Assembly: GCA_951802115.1 (NCBI GenBank)
Contig: CATOPL010000013.1
Location: 18,011-82,010, forward strand
Direction: 5' to 3'
Source of the DNA: an uncultured Lachnospiraceae bacterium
GTDB lineage: Bacteria; Bacillota; Clostridia; Lachnospirales; Lachnospiraceae
Length of the DNA stretch: 64,000 nt
Under the pieces are notes generated by a model. That model was not told the origin of the DNA, ran no database searches, and saw only the letters and a program-made list of their open reading frames with translations. This document shows, in pieces, positions 1 to 9,686 of this stretch (within the stretch, counting starts at the first letter, position 1; every line of letters begins with the position of its first letter). The position numbers were made by a program, and so were the translations under genes.

Positions 1-697
1 TTAAGTCATCATCACAGTCCATATAGGACAAATCATCTTCATTATTTGCCGGAAGCAAAGATACCAGCTCACGAATCTGCCTGATCAATTCTGCTTCTTC
101 AGCCACTGCATCTACGATTCCTGCCTCTTCACTCTGGAAGGCTGCAGACGCCGTATCGCATCTGGACACTTCATTACCATCCAGCGCATTGGGAGAATTT
201 ACAAATAATTTTGCCTTTGTACTCTCCATAAACGTAAAATCAGACATGGCAGACGCCACTGCCATACCGCCGCCGCAATTTCCAAATACAGCTGTAATCT
301 GCGGAACTACGCCGGAAGCCATCGTCTGCTTCAGATACAGTTCTCCAAAAGCATTCAATGCGTCAGAAGCTTCCTGGAGTCTCAAACCTGCACAGTCCAC
401 AAGCCCAATGACCGGAGCTCCCATTTTCATTGCCATGTCGTAGATCCTGACAATCTTCTTGGCATGCATCTCACCCATGGAGCCTCCCAGTACGGAAGCA
501 TCCTGACTGTATACATATACAAGGCTGCCATTGATCACACCATATCCGGTAATCACACCATCGGACGGTGTATCTGTGTTGTTCATGTTAAAATCCGTTG
601 CACGCGCGGTAACTGCTGCACCGATTTCAACAAAGCTGCTCTCGTCAAGCAGGGAATTGATCCTCCTGCCTGCCAGGCTCTGTGCCGAATTACTCAT
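1..697 (-). CDS. Acyl-CoA carboxylase carboxyltransferase (beta) subunit; 3' end runs off the window
   Basis: Not in the ORF track because it has no stop in the window. Manual translation from ATG 697 (RBS GGAGG): MSNSAQSLAGRRINSLLDESSFVEIG...DGVITGYGVINGSLVYVYSQDASVLGGSMGEMHAKKI...DCAGLRLQE...GVVPQITAVFGNCGGG, typical carboxyl-transferase motifs. Confidence 0.9.
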   Translation of the reverse strand, partial: MSNSAQSLAGRRINSLLDESSFVEIGAAVTARATDFNMNNTDTPSDGVITGYGVINGSLVYVYSQDASVLGGSMGEMHAKKIVRIYDMAMKMGAPVIGLVDCAGLRLQEASDALNAFGELYLKQTMASGVVPQITAVFGNCGGGMAVASAMSDFTFMESTKAKLFVNSPNALDGNEVSRCDTASAAFQSEEAGIVDAVAEEAELIRQIRELVSLLPANNEDDLSYMDCDDDL

Positions 698-880
698 TTC
701 TCGTCCTCCATTATATTTCATTAAAGTTAACCCAAGGTCGCCGATTCTAATTGTAACATACTCTTTCCTTTTTTCAAGTGATTTTTTTTATTTTTGCCGG
801 CAGTCTGACAATTTTTTCACATATTAAACAAAATCTTTACACAAATCCGGCATTTTCTCTCTTTTTCTTTTGAACAAATG

Positions 881-983
881 TGATATAATGAATTGCGCTG
901 ATGCGCAAGCAGGTCATCAATTTTATTAAATAAAATTGGTGACATATGATATAATGAATTGCGCTGATGCGCAGGCAGGTCAT
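881..983. repeat. Two 37-bp direct repeats (period 66 bp) separated by an AT-rich 14-bp hairpin
   Basis: TGATATAATGAATTGCGCTGATGCGCA(A/G)GCAGGTCAT at 881-917 and 947-983 (1 mismatch). Internal palindrome TTGCGC-TGAT-GCGCAA. Hairpin GTCATCAATTTTAT-TAA-ATAAAATTGGTGAC spans the end of repeat 1 and the spacer. Confidence 0.9.
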
Positions 984-1078
984 ATAGCATCCTCCCGCCT
1001 GCGGGAGGGCTGCAATTCAGACACTTCAGGCCTTCACAGAACAAGCATATTTTATGCATCAGAAAGGAATAGAAAATC

Positions 1079-3013
1079 ATGTCCAAAACCGAATACATGA
1101 AAGCCCGCAAAAAGGCGCAGAGAAATTACCGCGCCCAGCTTTTAAAGGGAACCTATCCTTACCTTCAGGCGCTCGATGACATTGTGTCTTTTGCAGAAAT
1201 TTCTTCCGAATCCGAACTGGGGCTGGTCGAAATTCCGCTCAATGCCATCGTCGGCACCAAAACTTCCGGCAGGAAACAGGCTTTTGCCAGCAATTTTATG
1301 CCTCTTCTGGATGAAAACAGCGAATTTGCACACAAATGGGCTTCTCTATACAGCGCGCATATAGAGGAAGGAATCCGTGATCCAATTAAAGCGGTAGAAT
1401 TTATGAACCGTTTTTATGTAGTCGAAGGCAACAAAAGAGTCAGCGTATTGAAATACGTTGACGCAGTCAGCATTCAGGCAAATGTCACCCGGCTGGTTCC
1501 ACTGAAAACCGACTCCAAAGAAAACCGTATTTATTATGAATTTCTGGATTTTTACCGCTCAACCGCCATAAATTATCTGGATTTCAGCCAGGAAGGATGT
1601 TATACACGCCTGCTGGCTGTGCTGGAAAAGTCCGCCGATACGCCCTGGACAGATGATGAAAAGATGAATCTTCATTCTTCCTATATCCATTTTCTGGATG
1701 TTTTTGAAGAAAAAGGCGGCCGGAAACTTTCTCTTACTTCAGGAGATGCATTTTTAACTTATCTGGAAATTTACGGATATAAAGACATGCTGAACAAATC
1801 TCATCGGGAGCTTCTCGAAGAAATTCAGGCGATCTGGAACGATTTTGAAATCTATCCTGCCAAAAGAAGCGTGGAACTTGTCATGGCGCCGGAAAAGAAA
1901 TCCGAAGAAAAAACGCTGCGGACACGTATTCTGCCCCTGTCTTCTCAGCCGCTGAAGATTGCGTTTATTCACGACCACAGTCCGGAAGAATCAAGCTGGA
2001 CATATGGCCACGAGCTTGGCAGGCACTACCTTGAGAACACCCTTGCCGAAAAAATATCCACTTCTTTTTATATCACCAGCGGCGATCCGGAAGAAGGAAG
2101 CGAAGTGATCAAAAAAGCAATAGATGACGGCAATACCGTTGTTTTCACCACCAGCCCGAAGCTTTTAAACGCCAGTGTCAAGACAGCATTGAAATATCCC
2201 TCCATCCGAATCCTGAACTGCTCTTTGAATTCCTGTTTCGGACATCTGCGGACCTATTACGGGCGGATGTATGAAGCAAAATATCTGACCGGTATCCTGG
2301 CCGGTATCCTGAGTCCGACAGATTCTGTCGGTTACGTGGCAGACTATCCTATTTACGGTTCCACAGCCAGTATCAACGCTTTTGCACTTGGGGTTAAAAT
2401 GGTAAATCCAAATGCAAGCGTATGTTTGCAGTGGACCTGCGTGAAAAACAACCGGTTCCAGGAACATTTCGCTGCAAGAAACATTTCCTATGTATCCGGC
2501 CAGGATCTTTTAACGCCTTATCGGGGTTCCAGACAATTTGGTCTGTATGACATCCGCGACGGGCAGATTACCAATGTTGCCATGCCCGTCTGCCACTGGG
2601 GTAAATTCTATGAGCGTATTGTCGCAAGTATCCTCAATGGCTCATGGAAAAAGGGACTTACTCACAGTAAAGACAAATCCATTAATTATTTCTGGGGACT
2701 TTCCTCCGGCATGGTTGATGTCATCTGTTCCAAACATGTTCCGGCGGCAACAGAGCATCTTCTGGATCTGGTTAAACAGAACATCGGTTCCGGACAGTTC
2801 CATCCATTTTCCTGTGAAATTCATTCCCAGGACGGAACACTGCAAAATGAAAAAGGCATGGTCATGCCTGCAGGTCAGATCGGATCCATGGACTGGCTTC
2901 TGGACAACATCGACGGCTCCTTTCCGTCTGTCTCCTCCATGACCGAGGAAGCCAGACGAATCGTAAAGCTTCAGGGCGTCGGAAAATACCAGGAGCAAAG
3001 TGATCTGTCATGA
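1079..3013 (+). CDS. Fusion of an N-terminal ParB/Srx-like domain and a C-terminal BMP (PnrA-like) nucleoside-binding domain, no signal peptide
   Basis: N-terminus IPLNAIVGT...F.PLL...IRDPIKAVEFMNRFYVVEGNKRVSVLK (ParB-like GxxR). C-terminus KIAFIHDHSPEESSWTYGHELGR...RTYYGRMYEAKYLTGILAG...INAFALG (BMP family). No lipobox. Confidence 0.75.
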   Translation: MSKTEYMKARKKAQRNYRAQLLKGTYPYLQALDDIVSFAEISSESELGLVEIPLNAIVGTKTSGRKQAFASNFMPLLDENSEFAHKWASLYSAHIEEGIRDPIKAVEFMNRFYVVEGNKRVSVLKYVDAVSIQANVTRLVPLKTDSKENRIYYEFLDFYRSTAINYLDFSQEGCYTRLLAVLEKSADTPWTDDEKMNLHSSYIHFLDVFEEKGGRKLSLTSGDAFLTYLEIYGYKDMLNKSHRELLEEIQAIWNDFEIYPAKRSVELVMAPEKKSEEKTLRTRILPLSSQPLKIAFIHDHSPEESSWTYGHELGRHYLENTLAEKISTSFYITSGDPEEGSEVIKKAIDDGNTVVFTTSPKLLNASVKTALKYPSIRILNCSLNSCFGHLRTYYGRMYEAKYLTGILAGILSPTDSVGYVADYPIYGSTASINAFALGVKMVNPNASVCLQWTCVKNNRFQEHFAARNISYVSGQDLLTPYRGSRQFGLYDIRDGQITNVAMPVCHWGKFYERIVASILNGSWKKGLTHSKDKSINYFWGLSSGMVDVICSKHVPAATEHLLDLVKQNIGSGQFHPFSCEIHSQDGTLQNEKGMVMPAGQIGSMDWLLDNIDGSFPSVSSMTEEARRIVKLQGVGKYQEQSDLS

Positions 3014-3600
3014 AAATACTGGTACTGGCGGACACCGAGTCCCTGTATTTATGGGATTTTTTTGACAAAAGCAAACTGGAGGGGATTGATCTGATCCTCT
3101 CCTGCGGAGATCTTCATCCACATTATCTGTCTTTCCTGGCCACTTTTTTTCAGGGTCCCGTACTCTATGTACATGGAAACCATGACGGCTGTTACAGGGA
3201 AACTCCTCCGGAAGGCTGTATCTGTATTGACGGAAAAATTTATGAATATAAAGGGATCCGCATCCTGGGCCTGGGAGGATCCATGAGATACAAAAGAGGA
3301 GAACATCAGTACACACAGCAGCAGATGGATCTGCGGATTCGAAAACTTTTCTTCTCGCTCTGGCGCAGAAAAGGATTTGATATCCTGCTGACCCACTCTC
3401 CCGCCTGGCAGCTTAACGACGGGAAAGATCTTCCTCATACCGGTTTTAAAGGTTTTCGATATCTGCTGGACAGATATGAGCCGCGTTATTTTATCCACGG
3501 CCATGTTCATCTGTCCTACAGCGCCGGCGCCAAAAGAAAATGTTCTTATCAGAACACTACCGTTATCAACGCCTATGAACGCTATATTATTGAATTATAG
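3010..3600 (+). CDS. Calcineurin-like metallophosphoesterase
   Basis: Motifs LADTE, CGDL, VHGNHD, LLTHSP, HGHVH; ATGA overlap with the upstream gene. Confidence 0.9.
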   Translation: MKILVLADTESLYLWDFFDKSKLEGIDLILSCGDLHPHYLSFLATFFQGPVLYVHGNHDGCYRETPPEGCICIDGKIYEYKGIRILGLGGSMRYKRGEHQYTQQQMDLRIRKLFFSLWRRKGFDILLTHSPAWQLNDGKDLPHTGFKGFRYLLDRYEPRYFIHGHVHLSYSAGAKRKCSYQNTTVINAYERYIIEL

Positions 3601-4764
3601 CCTGATTTTTCCAAAAATCCAGCGGTCCACGACCTGTTTCAGACACCATTTATAGTCAATGGCCAGAGAACTGTCCTTGATACAGATCGGGAACAAATCA
3701 AATATTTCTCCATTCAGATAGTAGATAACGGTTCCAACCAGTTCTCCTTCTTCAACCGGCGCCGGAAGTGTTTCCGGCGCCAGAACATCCATCGAAAACC
3801 TGTCATCTTCTTTCATCAAAAGTTCTCTGCTCTCCACCTGCGCCACTGTGCGCACATGTTCAACCTGCCCGTTCTCAATATAAATCGGTTCCAGAAGCAG
3901 TTCCTTTTTTCCCACGGTCTCCCTGTGAAAATCATCAATTCCATAATTCATCAGCTTTTTCGTATCTGACCATTTCCATGTCTTGTGATTCGGCCATCCG
4001 CAGGCAAGGACCACCGCTATCAGTCGTTTCCCACCCCGCTCCAGAGCGCCCACATAGCAATAGCCGGCCCCATTGGTAAAACCGGTTTTTCCGGTCAGAG
4101 CCCCTTCCATCATATTTAAAAATGCATTTTTATTATTTACGGTAAAGCTCCTGCTTCCATCCAGATCGGAAAAGCTCCAGGAAGGTTCCCTTGTAATGGA
4201 TAAAAACTCTTCATTCTGCATGCAACAACGCATAATGCGCGCCAGATCCTTTGCTGTTGTAGAATGCGTCCCGTATTCATCCTGCGCATCCAGACCGTTC
4301 GGGGTAATAAAGTACGTATGATAGCATCCCAGAGTCCGCGCTTTCTGATTCATCATGGCTGCAAAACCCTCTACGCTTCCTCCCACATGCTCTGCAATGG
4401 CCACTGCCGTATCATTGTGGGACTCCAGCATCAAAGAATAACAAAGGTCCTTCAGGCGATACCGTTCTCCTTCCCGGATATTGAGCTGTACATCCGGCAT
4501 GGACGCCGCGTAAGAAGATACCTGAACCTCTCCCTCCAGATCCGCGTTTTCAAGAGTTACCAAAAGCGTCATAATCTTCGTAGTACTCGCCATGGGCATT
4601 TCATTGTCCCCGTTTTTTTCAAAAAGAATACGCCCGGTATCAGCATCCATAAGCACTGCCGACTGGGCGTACAGATCGTCGGGCGCTCCTTCTGCCTGCA
4701 GCACCGTCCCGGGGAGCAGCGCTGCCAAAAAAAATGCCAGACAATTCTTCCTGTATTTTTTCAT
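3595..4764 (-). CDS. D-alanyl-D-alanine carboxypeptidase (peptidase S11)
   Basis: SxxK (ASTTKIMT), SxN (SHND), KTG (GKTGFT), signal peptide. Start moved to MKKYRKN at 4764. Confidence 0.92.
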   Translation of the reverse strand: MKKYRKNCLAFFLAALLPGTVLQAEGAPDDLYAQSAVLMDADTGRILFEKNGDNEMPMASTTKIMTLLVTLENADLEGEVQVSSYAASMPDVQLNIREGERYRLKDLCYSLMLESHNDTAVAIAEHVGGSVEGFAAMMNQKARTLGCYHTYFITPNGLDAQDEYGTHSTTAKDLARIMRCCMQNEEFLSITREPSWSFSDLDGSRSFTVNNKNAFLNMMEGALTGKTGFTNGAGYCYVGALERGGKRLIAVVLACGWPNHKTWKWSDTKKLMNYGIDDFHRETVGKKELLLEPIYIENGQVEHVRTVAQVESRELLMKEDDRFSMDVLAPETLPAPVEEGELVGTVIYYLNGEIFDLFPICIKDSSLAIDYKWCLKQVVDRWIFGKIRL

Positions 4765-4851
4765 GATCCACCTGCATATTGATCCTTGATTCAATCTATG
4801 CAGACACTTTTAATTCTAATACTCGATCAGGTCCGCCTCCTTTAAAACCTC

Positions 4852-5421
4852 CTACACATCAAACTTCAGCTGTATCTCTTCTTCCGCCTGATTTTTCATT
4901 TCCTCCACAAGTTCCGGCTGTATCGATGGAAGCTCCTCCGTAGATCGAACTCCAAAATTCCGCAGAAATTCTTCCGTAGTTCCAAACAGAATCGGACGTC
5001 CCGGCGCATCCAGCCTTCCCGCTTCTCCCACCAGTCCGTATTCCACCAGCCGGTTCAGTGCATGGTCTGAATTTACGCCGCGAATCTTTTCGATTTCCTG
5101 TCTTGTAACAGGCTGTTTATATGCAACAATCGAAAGCACTTCGAGCTGAACGTCTGTAAGTACATACCTTTTAGGCTGTTTCGCAACCCTGATCAGCGCA
5201 TCATAATATTCACGTCTTGTAGCAAGCTGAAACGAATCCTCCAGTTCGATAATCTCCATGCCTCCTTCCCGGCTGTTATACCGGTCCATCATCTGATGAA
5301 CAATCCTGCGGGTTGTCTCTTTATCATGTCCGATCGCTGCAGAAAGTTTCTCGGTATCTATTGCATCTCCCATTGTAAAAAGCACCGCCTCTATGGTCGC
5401 TTCTATTTTTTTCAGTTCCAA
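4852..5421 (-). CDS. scpB: SMC-Scp complex subunit ScpB
   Basis: IEAVLFTMGD, LEVLSIVAYKQPVTRQEIEKIRGVNS, PGRPILFGTTEEFLRNFG; TTG start. Confidence 0.95.
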   Translation of the reverse strand: MELKKIEATIEAVLFTMGDAIDTEKLSAAIGHDKETTRRIVHQMMDRYNSREGGMEIIELEDSFQLATRREYYDALIRVAKQPKRYVLTDVQLEVLSIVAYKQPVTRQEIEKIRGVNSDHALNRLVEYGLVGEAGRLDAPGRPILFGTTEEFLRNFGVRSTEELPSIQPELVEEMKNQAEEEIQLKFDV

Positions 5422-5547
5422 AATGTTTCCTCGCCTCCCTCCGTGCCCAAAACTGCGGCCAAGTCTGTTCTGTAACCATGAGCAGACACACCGGCTTGTA
5501 TTGCCGGGATAAACGAAAATCTCTGCATACCCGGTTTTCTCAGCAGC

Positions 5548-6291
5548 TTACATCTGTGCCGCAATCATCATGTCGTCAAACGGATGCTCCTGCAGCACCG
5601 ACAATTCTCCTGTCTTCATCAGTTCCAGAACTGCAAGAAACGTTACGATCACCTGCATCCGGCTCCTCTGCCCTTCCAGCAGCGCAGAGAAAAGAAAACG
5701 CTGATTCTCCGCCGCATATACTCTCACCGACTCCATTTTCTCATCAAGACTGACTTCCTCCTGCTCAATTCTGCCAAATTTACTGCGGATTGGATCTATC
5801 TTTTCTGTCTGACGCTTCATGACAGACTGAAAGATTCGGTCCAGCTGCTTCAGAGTCAGATCTCCCACCAGTTCTTGCAGATCCACCGGAGTCTCATATG
5901 CTGCCACTTCCTCCGGAATCGTCGGAGATTTATACATGGCTTTTCCGGACAGAGACAGCCGCTCTCTGAGTTCCAGGGACATATATTTGTACATTTTATA
6001 CTCCAGAAGCTTCTGTACCAGTTCTTCCCTGGGATCGATCTCCTCCCCTTCCTCATCCACTTCTACCGGCAGAAGCATCTTTGCCTTGATTTCCAGAAGC
6101 GTAGCCGCCATAACCAGAAACTCACTCATGATATTCAGATCCTGCTTCCCCATCGACTGTACATACTCCATATACTGCGCCGTGATCTCCACGATCGGAA
6201 TGTCAAAAATGTTGAACTTATTCACATCTATCAGATGAAGCAGTAAATCCAGAGGTCCTTCAAAACTCTCAATTTTTACAGATAATGTCAT
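5548..6291 (-). CDS. scpA: Segregation and condensation protein A (kleisin)
   Basis: FEGPLDLLLHLI, EFLVMAATLLEIKAKMLLP, VTFLAVLELMK. Start placed at MTLSVK (6291). Confidence 0.95.
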   Translation of the reverse strand: MTLSVKIESFEGPLDLLLHLIDVNKFNIFDIPIVEITAQYMEYVQSMGKQDLNIMSEFLVMAATLLEIKAKMLLPVEVDEEGEEIDPREELVQKLLEYKMYKYMSLELRERLSLSGKAMYKSPTIPEEVAAYETPVDLQELVGDLTLKQLDRIFQSVMKRQTEKIDPIRSKFGRIEQEEVSLDEKMESVRVYAAENQRFLFSALLEGQRSRMQVIVTFLAVLELMKTGELSVLQEHPFDDMMIAAQM

Positions 6292-6293
6292 TT

Positions 6294-7100
6294 CTAACCT
6301 GTCCCTTTTATTCTGACCCCGATCAGCCAGGGCGGATTGCATATCCTGAAAGGAATTGTATGCTCTCCCAGCCCGGGGCTGACCGCCATATATTTTCCAT
6401 GTTTCTCGTACAATCCTCTGTCGTATTTCGGAAACAGTCTTGCCTGCGGAGTAATCAGACCACCAATCCCAGGGAATCTGATAATTCCCCCATGAAGGTG
6501 ACCTGCCAGCGTCAGATCCGCCCCCCAGCGGACATAGGAGCTGAAATAGACCGGGTTATGAGCAAGCAAAATATGAAATGCTCCCTCCTCCGGTCTTCCA
6601 AGCTTCGTGTACAGATCTTTTTCATTATACGACTTTACAAAAAATTTTCTATAACAGTCCAGAGGCATCTCATAACCATGGATATGGACCGGCATGGAAC
6701 CATGGCTCATTCTACAAGTTTCATTCTCCGGTATTATGACTCCCAATTCCTTCAGACGTCCTGAATAGTATCCATACTGTGTTCCATAGCATTCCGGTCT
6801 CTGCCTCATTCTGGATTCATGATTTCCATTGCCGGCGATTACTGTAAGCTTTCTCTTGGAAAGCTCTTCAAACAGCAGAACCGCGTGTTCCATACCGGCA
6901 TGCTCCTTCGCCAGCACCATATCGCCGGCGCACAGAACCATATCCGCAGAAAAACGATCCACTTCTTCAAGAAGCTGCTGCTGCCTCTTCCCCCACAATC
7001 GATCATGCAGATCCGCCAGCAGAAGGATACAAAAAGGACGCTCTTCTTTTCTTAGTTTATTGGTCCGTATCTCATAGATTCTCGTCTCCAGACGTGCCAT
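6294..7100 (-). CDS. Metallophosphoesterase (YkuE-like)
   Basis: ADLHD, AGDMV, GNGNHE, LAHNP, AGHLHGG, VSPGLG. Start placed at MARLET (7100). Confidence 0.9.
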   Translation of the reverse strand: MARLETRIYEIRTNKLRKEERPFCILLLADLHDRLWGKRQQQLLEEVDRFSADMVLCAGDMVLAKEHAGMEHAVLLFEELSKRKLTVIAGNGNHESRMRQRPECYGTQYGYYSGRLKELGVIIPENETCRMSHGSMPVHIHGYEMPLDCYRKFFVKSYNEKDLYTKLGRPEEGAFHILLAHNPVYFSSYVRWGADLTLAGHLHGGIIRFPGIGGLITPQARLFPKYDRGLYEKHGKYMAVSPGLGEHTIPFRICNPPWLIGVRIKGTG

Positions 7101-7177
7101 AATACCTTCTTTCTGCAGTATGTTACCAACGACTGCCTGCATATCATACCACAACCATCGGCTCTTCTGCAATTCCT

Positions 7178-8359
7178 TTAAGGCAAAAATATATGAAATG
7201 CTCTCCGGAGATAATCTCCATAGCCTGCCTTTTCCACATCTCCCGCAGCCAGAATTGAGGATTCGCCGATTTCCCGGCCATTCAGGATATAGGCGACTCT
7301 TCCAACCATATCTCCTTCTTTCACCGGAGCCGGCAGGGAATCCGGAAGTTCAAGCGACCGCTTCATATCGGACAGATTACTTCCATCCGTAGATACATAG
7401 GAAAAATCTCCCGCATATTTCAGCGCCACCCGGTCTTTTACACCTCCGGTTACTGTAAGATCCGTAAGCGCCACCCGATTCTCATCCTTATACAGACTGC
7501 AGCAGGCAAATCCGCTGTTCAGAAGCGTGACAGCATCCTGAAATCTCCCTTTGCTGTCCGCACCTCCCATAATCACTGCGATCAGTTCAATTTCATCTTT
7601 CTTTGCACTGGCAGATACGCAGAATCCCGCCACACTCGTATAACCGGTTTTAAGCCCTGTCGCGTATTCATACTGTTTGATCAGCTTATTCGTATTCGTC
7701 AAACCAAACTCAAAGCTTCCTCTCGCTGTCGAATGTATGATATTCTCCATCCAGATTGTGCAGTATTCATGGATCTGCGGATGATTCAAAAGCAGCTCTC
7801 TGGACATCAGAGCCACATCCCTGGCAGTCGTCAAATGCTCCGGATCATCCAGGCCGCAGCAGTTCACAAAATGCGTATTCTCCATCCCAAGCTCTGCCGC
7901 TCTTTCATTCATCCTTTTGACAAAATCACCTTCGCTCCCGCTGATATGTTCTGCCATGGCTACACAGGCATCATTGGCGCTGGCTACGGCAATACATTTG
8001 ATCATCGTTTCCACCGTCTGCTGCTCAAAAGGCTCCAGATAAACCTGAGAGCCTCCCATGGAAGCGGCATGCTCAGACACCGACACAGTATCAGAAAGTG
8101 CAATTTTCCCCTCTTCCACAGCCTCCAGTATCAAAAGAAGCGTCATAATCTTTGTCACGCTTGCCGGATGGAGCTTTTCATCTTCTGCTTTTCCCATCAA
8201 CACCGTCCCTGTAGACACTTCCATCAAAATTGCATGAGGAGCCGCCACTTCTGCCGCCACCTGATGCTCTGCCGTATCCTGTCTCTGCTCTGTCAGTTCT
8301 TCTGTTCCACCTGCTGACACCATCGCCGCAGGGCTTAAAGCCAACGTCATGATCAGCAT
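7178..8359 (-). CDS. D-alanyl-D-alanine carboxypeptidase (DacF-like)
   Basis: PASVTKIMT, SAND, GLKTGYT, signal peptide. Confidence 0.9.
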   Translation of the reverse strand: MLIMTLALSPAAMVSAGGTEELTEQRQDTAEHQVAAEVAAPHAILMEVSTGTVLMGKAEDEKLHPASVTKIMTLLLILEAVEEGKIALSDTVSVSEHAASMGGSQVYLEPFEQQTVETMIKCIAVASANDACVAMAEHISGSEGDFVKRMNERAAELGMENTHFVNCCGLDDPEHLTTARDVALMSRELLLNHPQIHEYCTIWMENIIHSTARGSFEFGLTNTNKLIKQYEYATGLKTGYTSVAGFCVSASAKKDEIELIAVIMGGADSKGRFQDAVTLLNSGFACCSLYKDENRVALTDLTVTGGVKDRVALKYAGDFSYVSTDGSNLSDMKRSLELPDSLPAPVKEGDMVGRVAYILNGREIGESSILAAGDVEKAGYGDYLRRAFHIFLP

Positions 8360-8440
8360 CCATATGATATACCGTTTTCTCAGAATATCACCTCAGAACT
8401 CCTTTATACATGTGTAGCGATAAAACTGAAAAATATGCAT

Positions 8441-8470
8441 AAAAGCCGAAGAATCTCCTGTCGGGCTTTT
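8441..8470 (-). terminator. Probable intrinsic terminator after the PAP2-family gene
   Basis: AAAAGCCGA...TCGGGCTTTT stem with T/A runs on both sides. Confidence 0.5.
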
Positions 8471-8478
8471 TAGCAGCA

Positions 8479-8964
8479 TCATAAAATCATCAGACACGCA
8501 ATGAGAATTCCCAGAATACAGCCAGCACCCACCTGAAGCGGCGTATGACCCACAAATTCTTTGAGGCTCGCTTCCCAGAATTCATACATCTTATCATTCT
8601 TTTTAAACGCCTCCACGAACCCTTCCGTTCGAAAAAATTCAATCATCTCATTCAATACTTTTCCCTGCTTTCCGGTTTCCATGCGCACTCCCATGGCATC
8701 ATGCATGACAATAATCGCCAGCATACAGGCAATCGCAAATTCAAAGGACTGCGCTCCATACAGAATCCCGGAAGCCGTAGCCATAGCACTGACCGTCGCC
8801 GAATGGCCACTTGGCATACCGCCGTCTCCCACCATCCGCTCCCATTTTATCTCATGATTTACCAGCGCATAAATCATGGTCTTGAGTATCTGTGCGACTG
8901 CCCATCCGCAGACACCGCAGACCAGTATTTTATTGCTTAAAAGCGCTCTGAAAAAGTTCCCCAT
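8479..8964 (-). CDS. Divergent PAP2 family protein (DUF212)
   Basis: GGMPSGHSATV, IVMHDAMGVR, LKEFVGHTPLQV. Confidence 0.9.
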   Translation of the reverse strand: MGNFFRALLSNKILVCGVCGWAVAQILKTMIYALVNHEIKWERMVGDGGMPSGHSATVSAMATASGILYGAQSFEFAIACMLAIIVMHDAMGVRMETGKQGKVLNEMIEFFRTEGFVEAFKKNDKMYEFWEASLKEFVGHTPLQVGAGCILGILIACLMIL

Positions 8965-9023
8965 CTTTTATGCTCCTATAAGAAATGCCTTGACTGTCAA
9001 GTCAAGGCATTTCTGCACAATTC

Positions 9024-9200
9024 TTAATTATATTTACGCTTCCTGGCCGCTTCGGATTTTTTCTTACGCTTTACGCTCGGTTTCTCATAATGCTCTCTTT
9101 TGCGGATCTCCTGCTGGATCCCCGCTTTTGCACAGTTTCTTTTGAAACGACGCAATGCGCTATCCAAAGTCTCGTTTTCTTTAACGATCACATTTGACAT
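9024..9200 (-). CDS. rpsU: 30S ribosomal protein S21 (58 aa, below the ORF-track cutoff)
   Basis: [70 protein letters not shown]. Confidence 0.97.
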   Translation of the reverse strand: MSNVIVKENETLDSALRRFKRNCAKAGIQQEIRKREHYEKPSVKRKKKSEAARKRKYN

Positions 9201-9343
9201 AGTATCACACCTAACCTCCCTCCAGTTGTGTATTGTGCCAAATACAACTGTCTGGGTATTTTATTGCACTGCATCCATTATATGGGTTGCGACATCTTTT
9301 GTCAATATCTTTTTTTATTTTTACTTGAAATTGTTATCCGGAT

Positions 9344-9664
9344 TTACTTGAATTCGTACCATGTATTTTTCATCAGCATCCAGATGATCAACGCGGGAAC
9401 AATCGCACTGATCAATGCATAAATGATATTTGTTCCAAGTATTACATTAATAACAAGACCAATAACCTGTGAACCACAGATCAGATAGAAGCCCATTTTT
9501 TTACGGGCAAACAAAAGCATTACCACTCCCGCCACGATCAGAATTTCCAGCACTACGCTGACCCATGCAAGAGGAGCCACAAGCGCCAGACCTACCATGC
9601 TCACACATGCGATCACATTTATCACCAGCACAATCCAAAGCCACACTTTTAAACCTGTTGTCAT
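9344..9664 (-). CDS. Small membrane protein (about 4 TM), unknown function
   Basis: Hydrophobic 106-aa ORF from MTTGLKVW directly downstream of alaS, RBS AGGAGAG. Confidence 0.7.
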   Translation of the reverse strand: MTTGLKVWLWIVLVINVIACVSMVGLALVAPLAWVSVVLEILIVAGVVMLLFARKKMGFYLICGSQVIGLVINVILGTNIIYALISAIVPALIIWMLMKNTWYEFK

Positions 9665-9686
9665 TTTACACACTCTCTCCTTTTCT

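Noticed and set aside
881-983. CRISPR array (37-bp repeats, 29-bp spacer)
   Set aside because: Only two repeats, the spacer is itself a palindrome, the repeat lacks a typical CRISPR terminus, and no cas genes are in the window.
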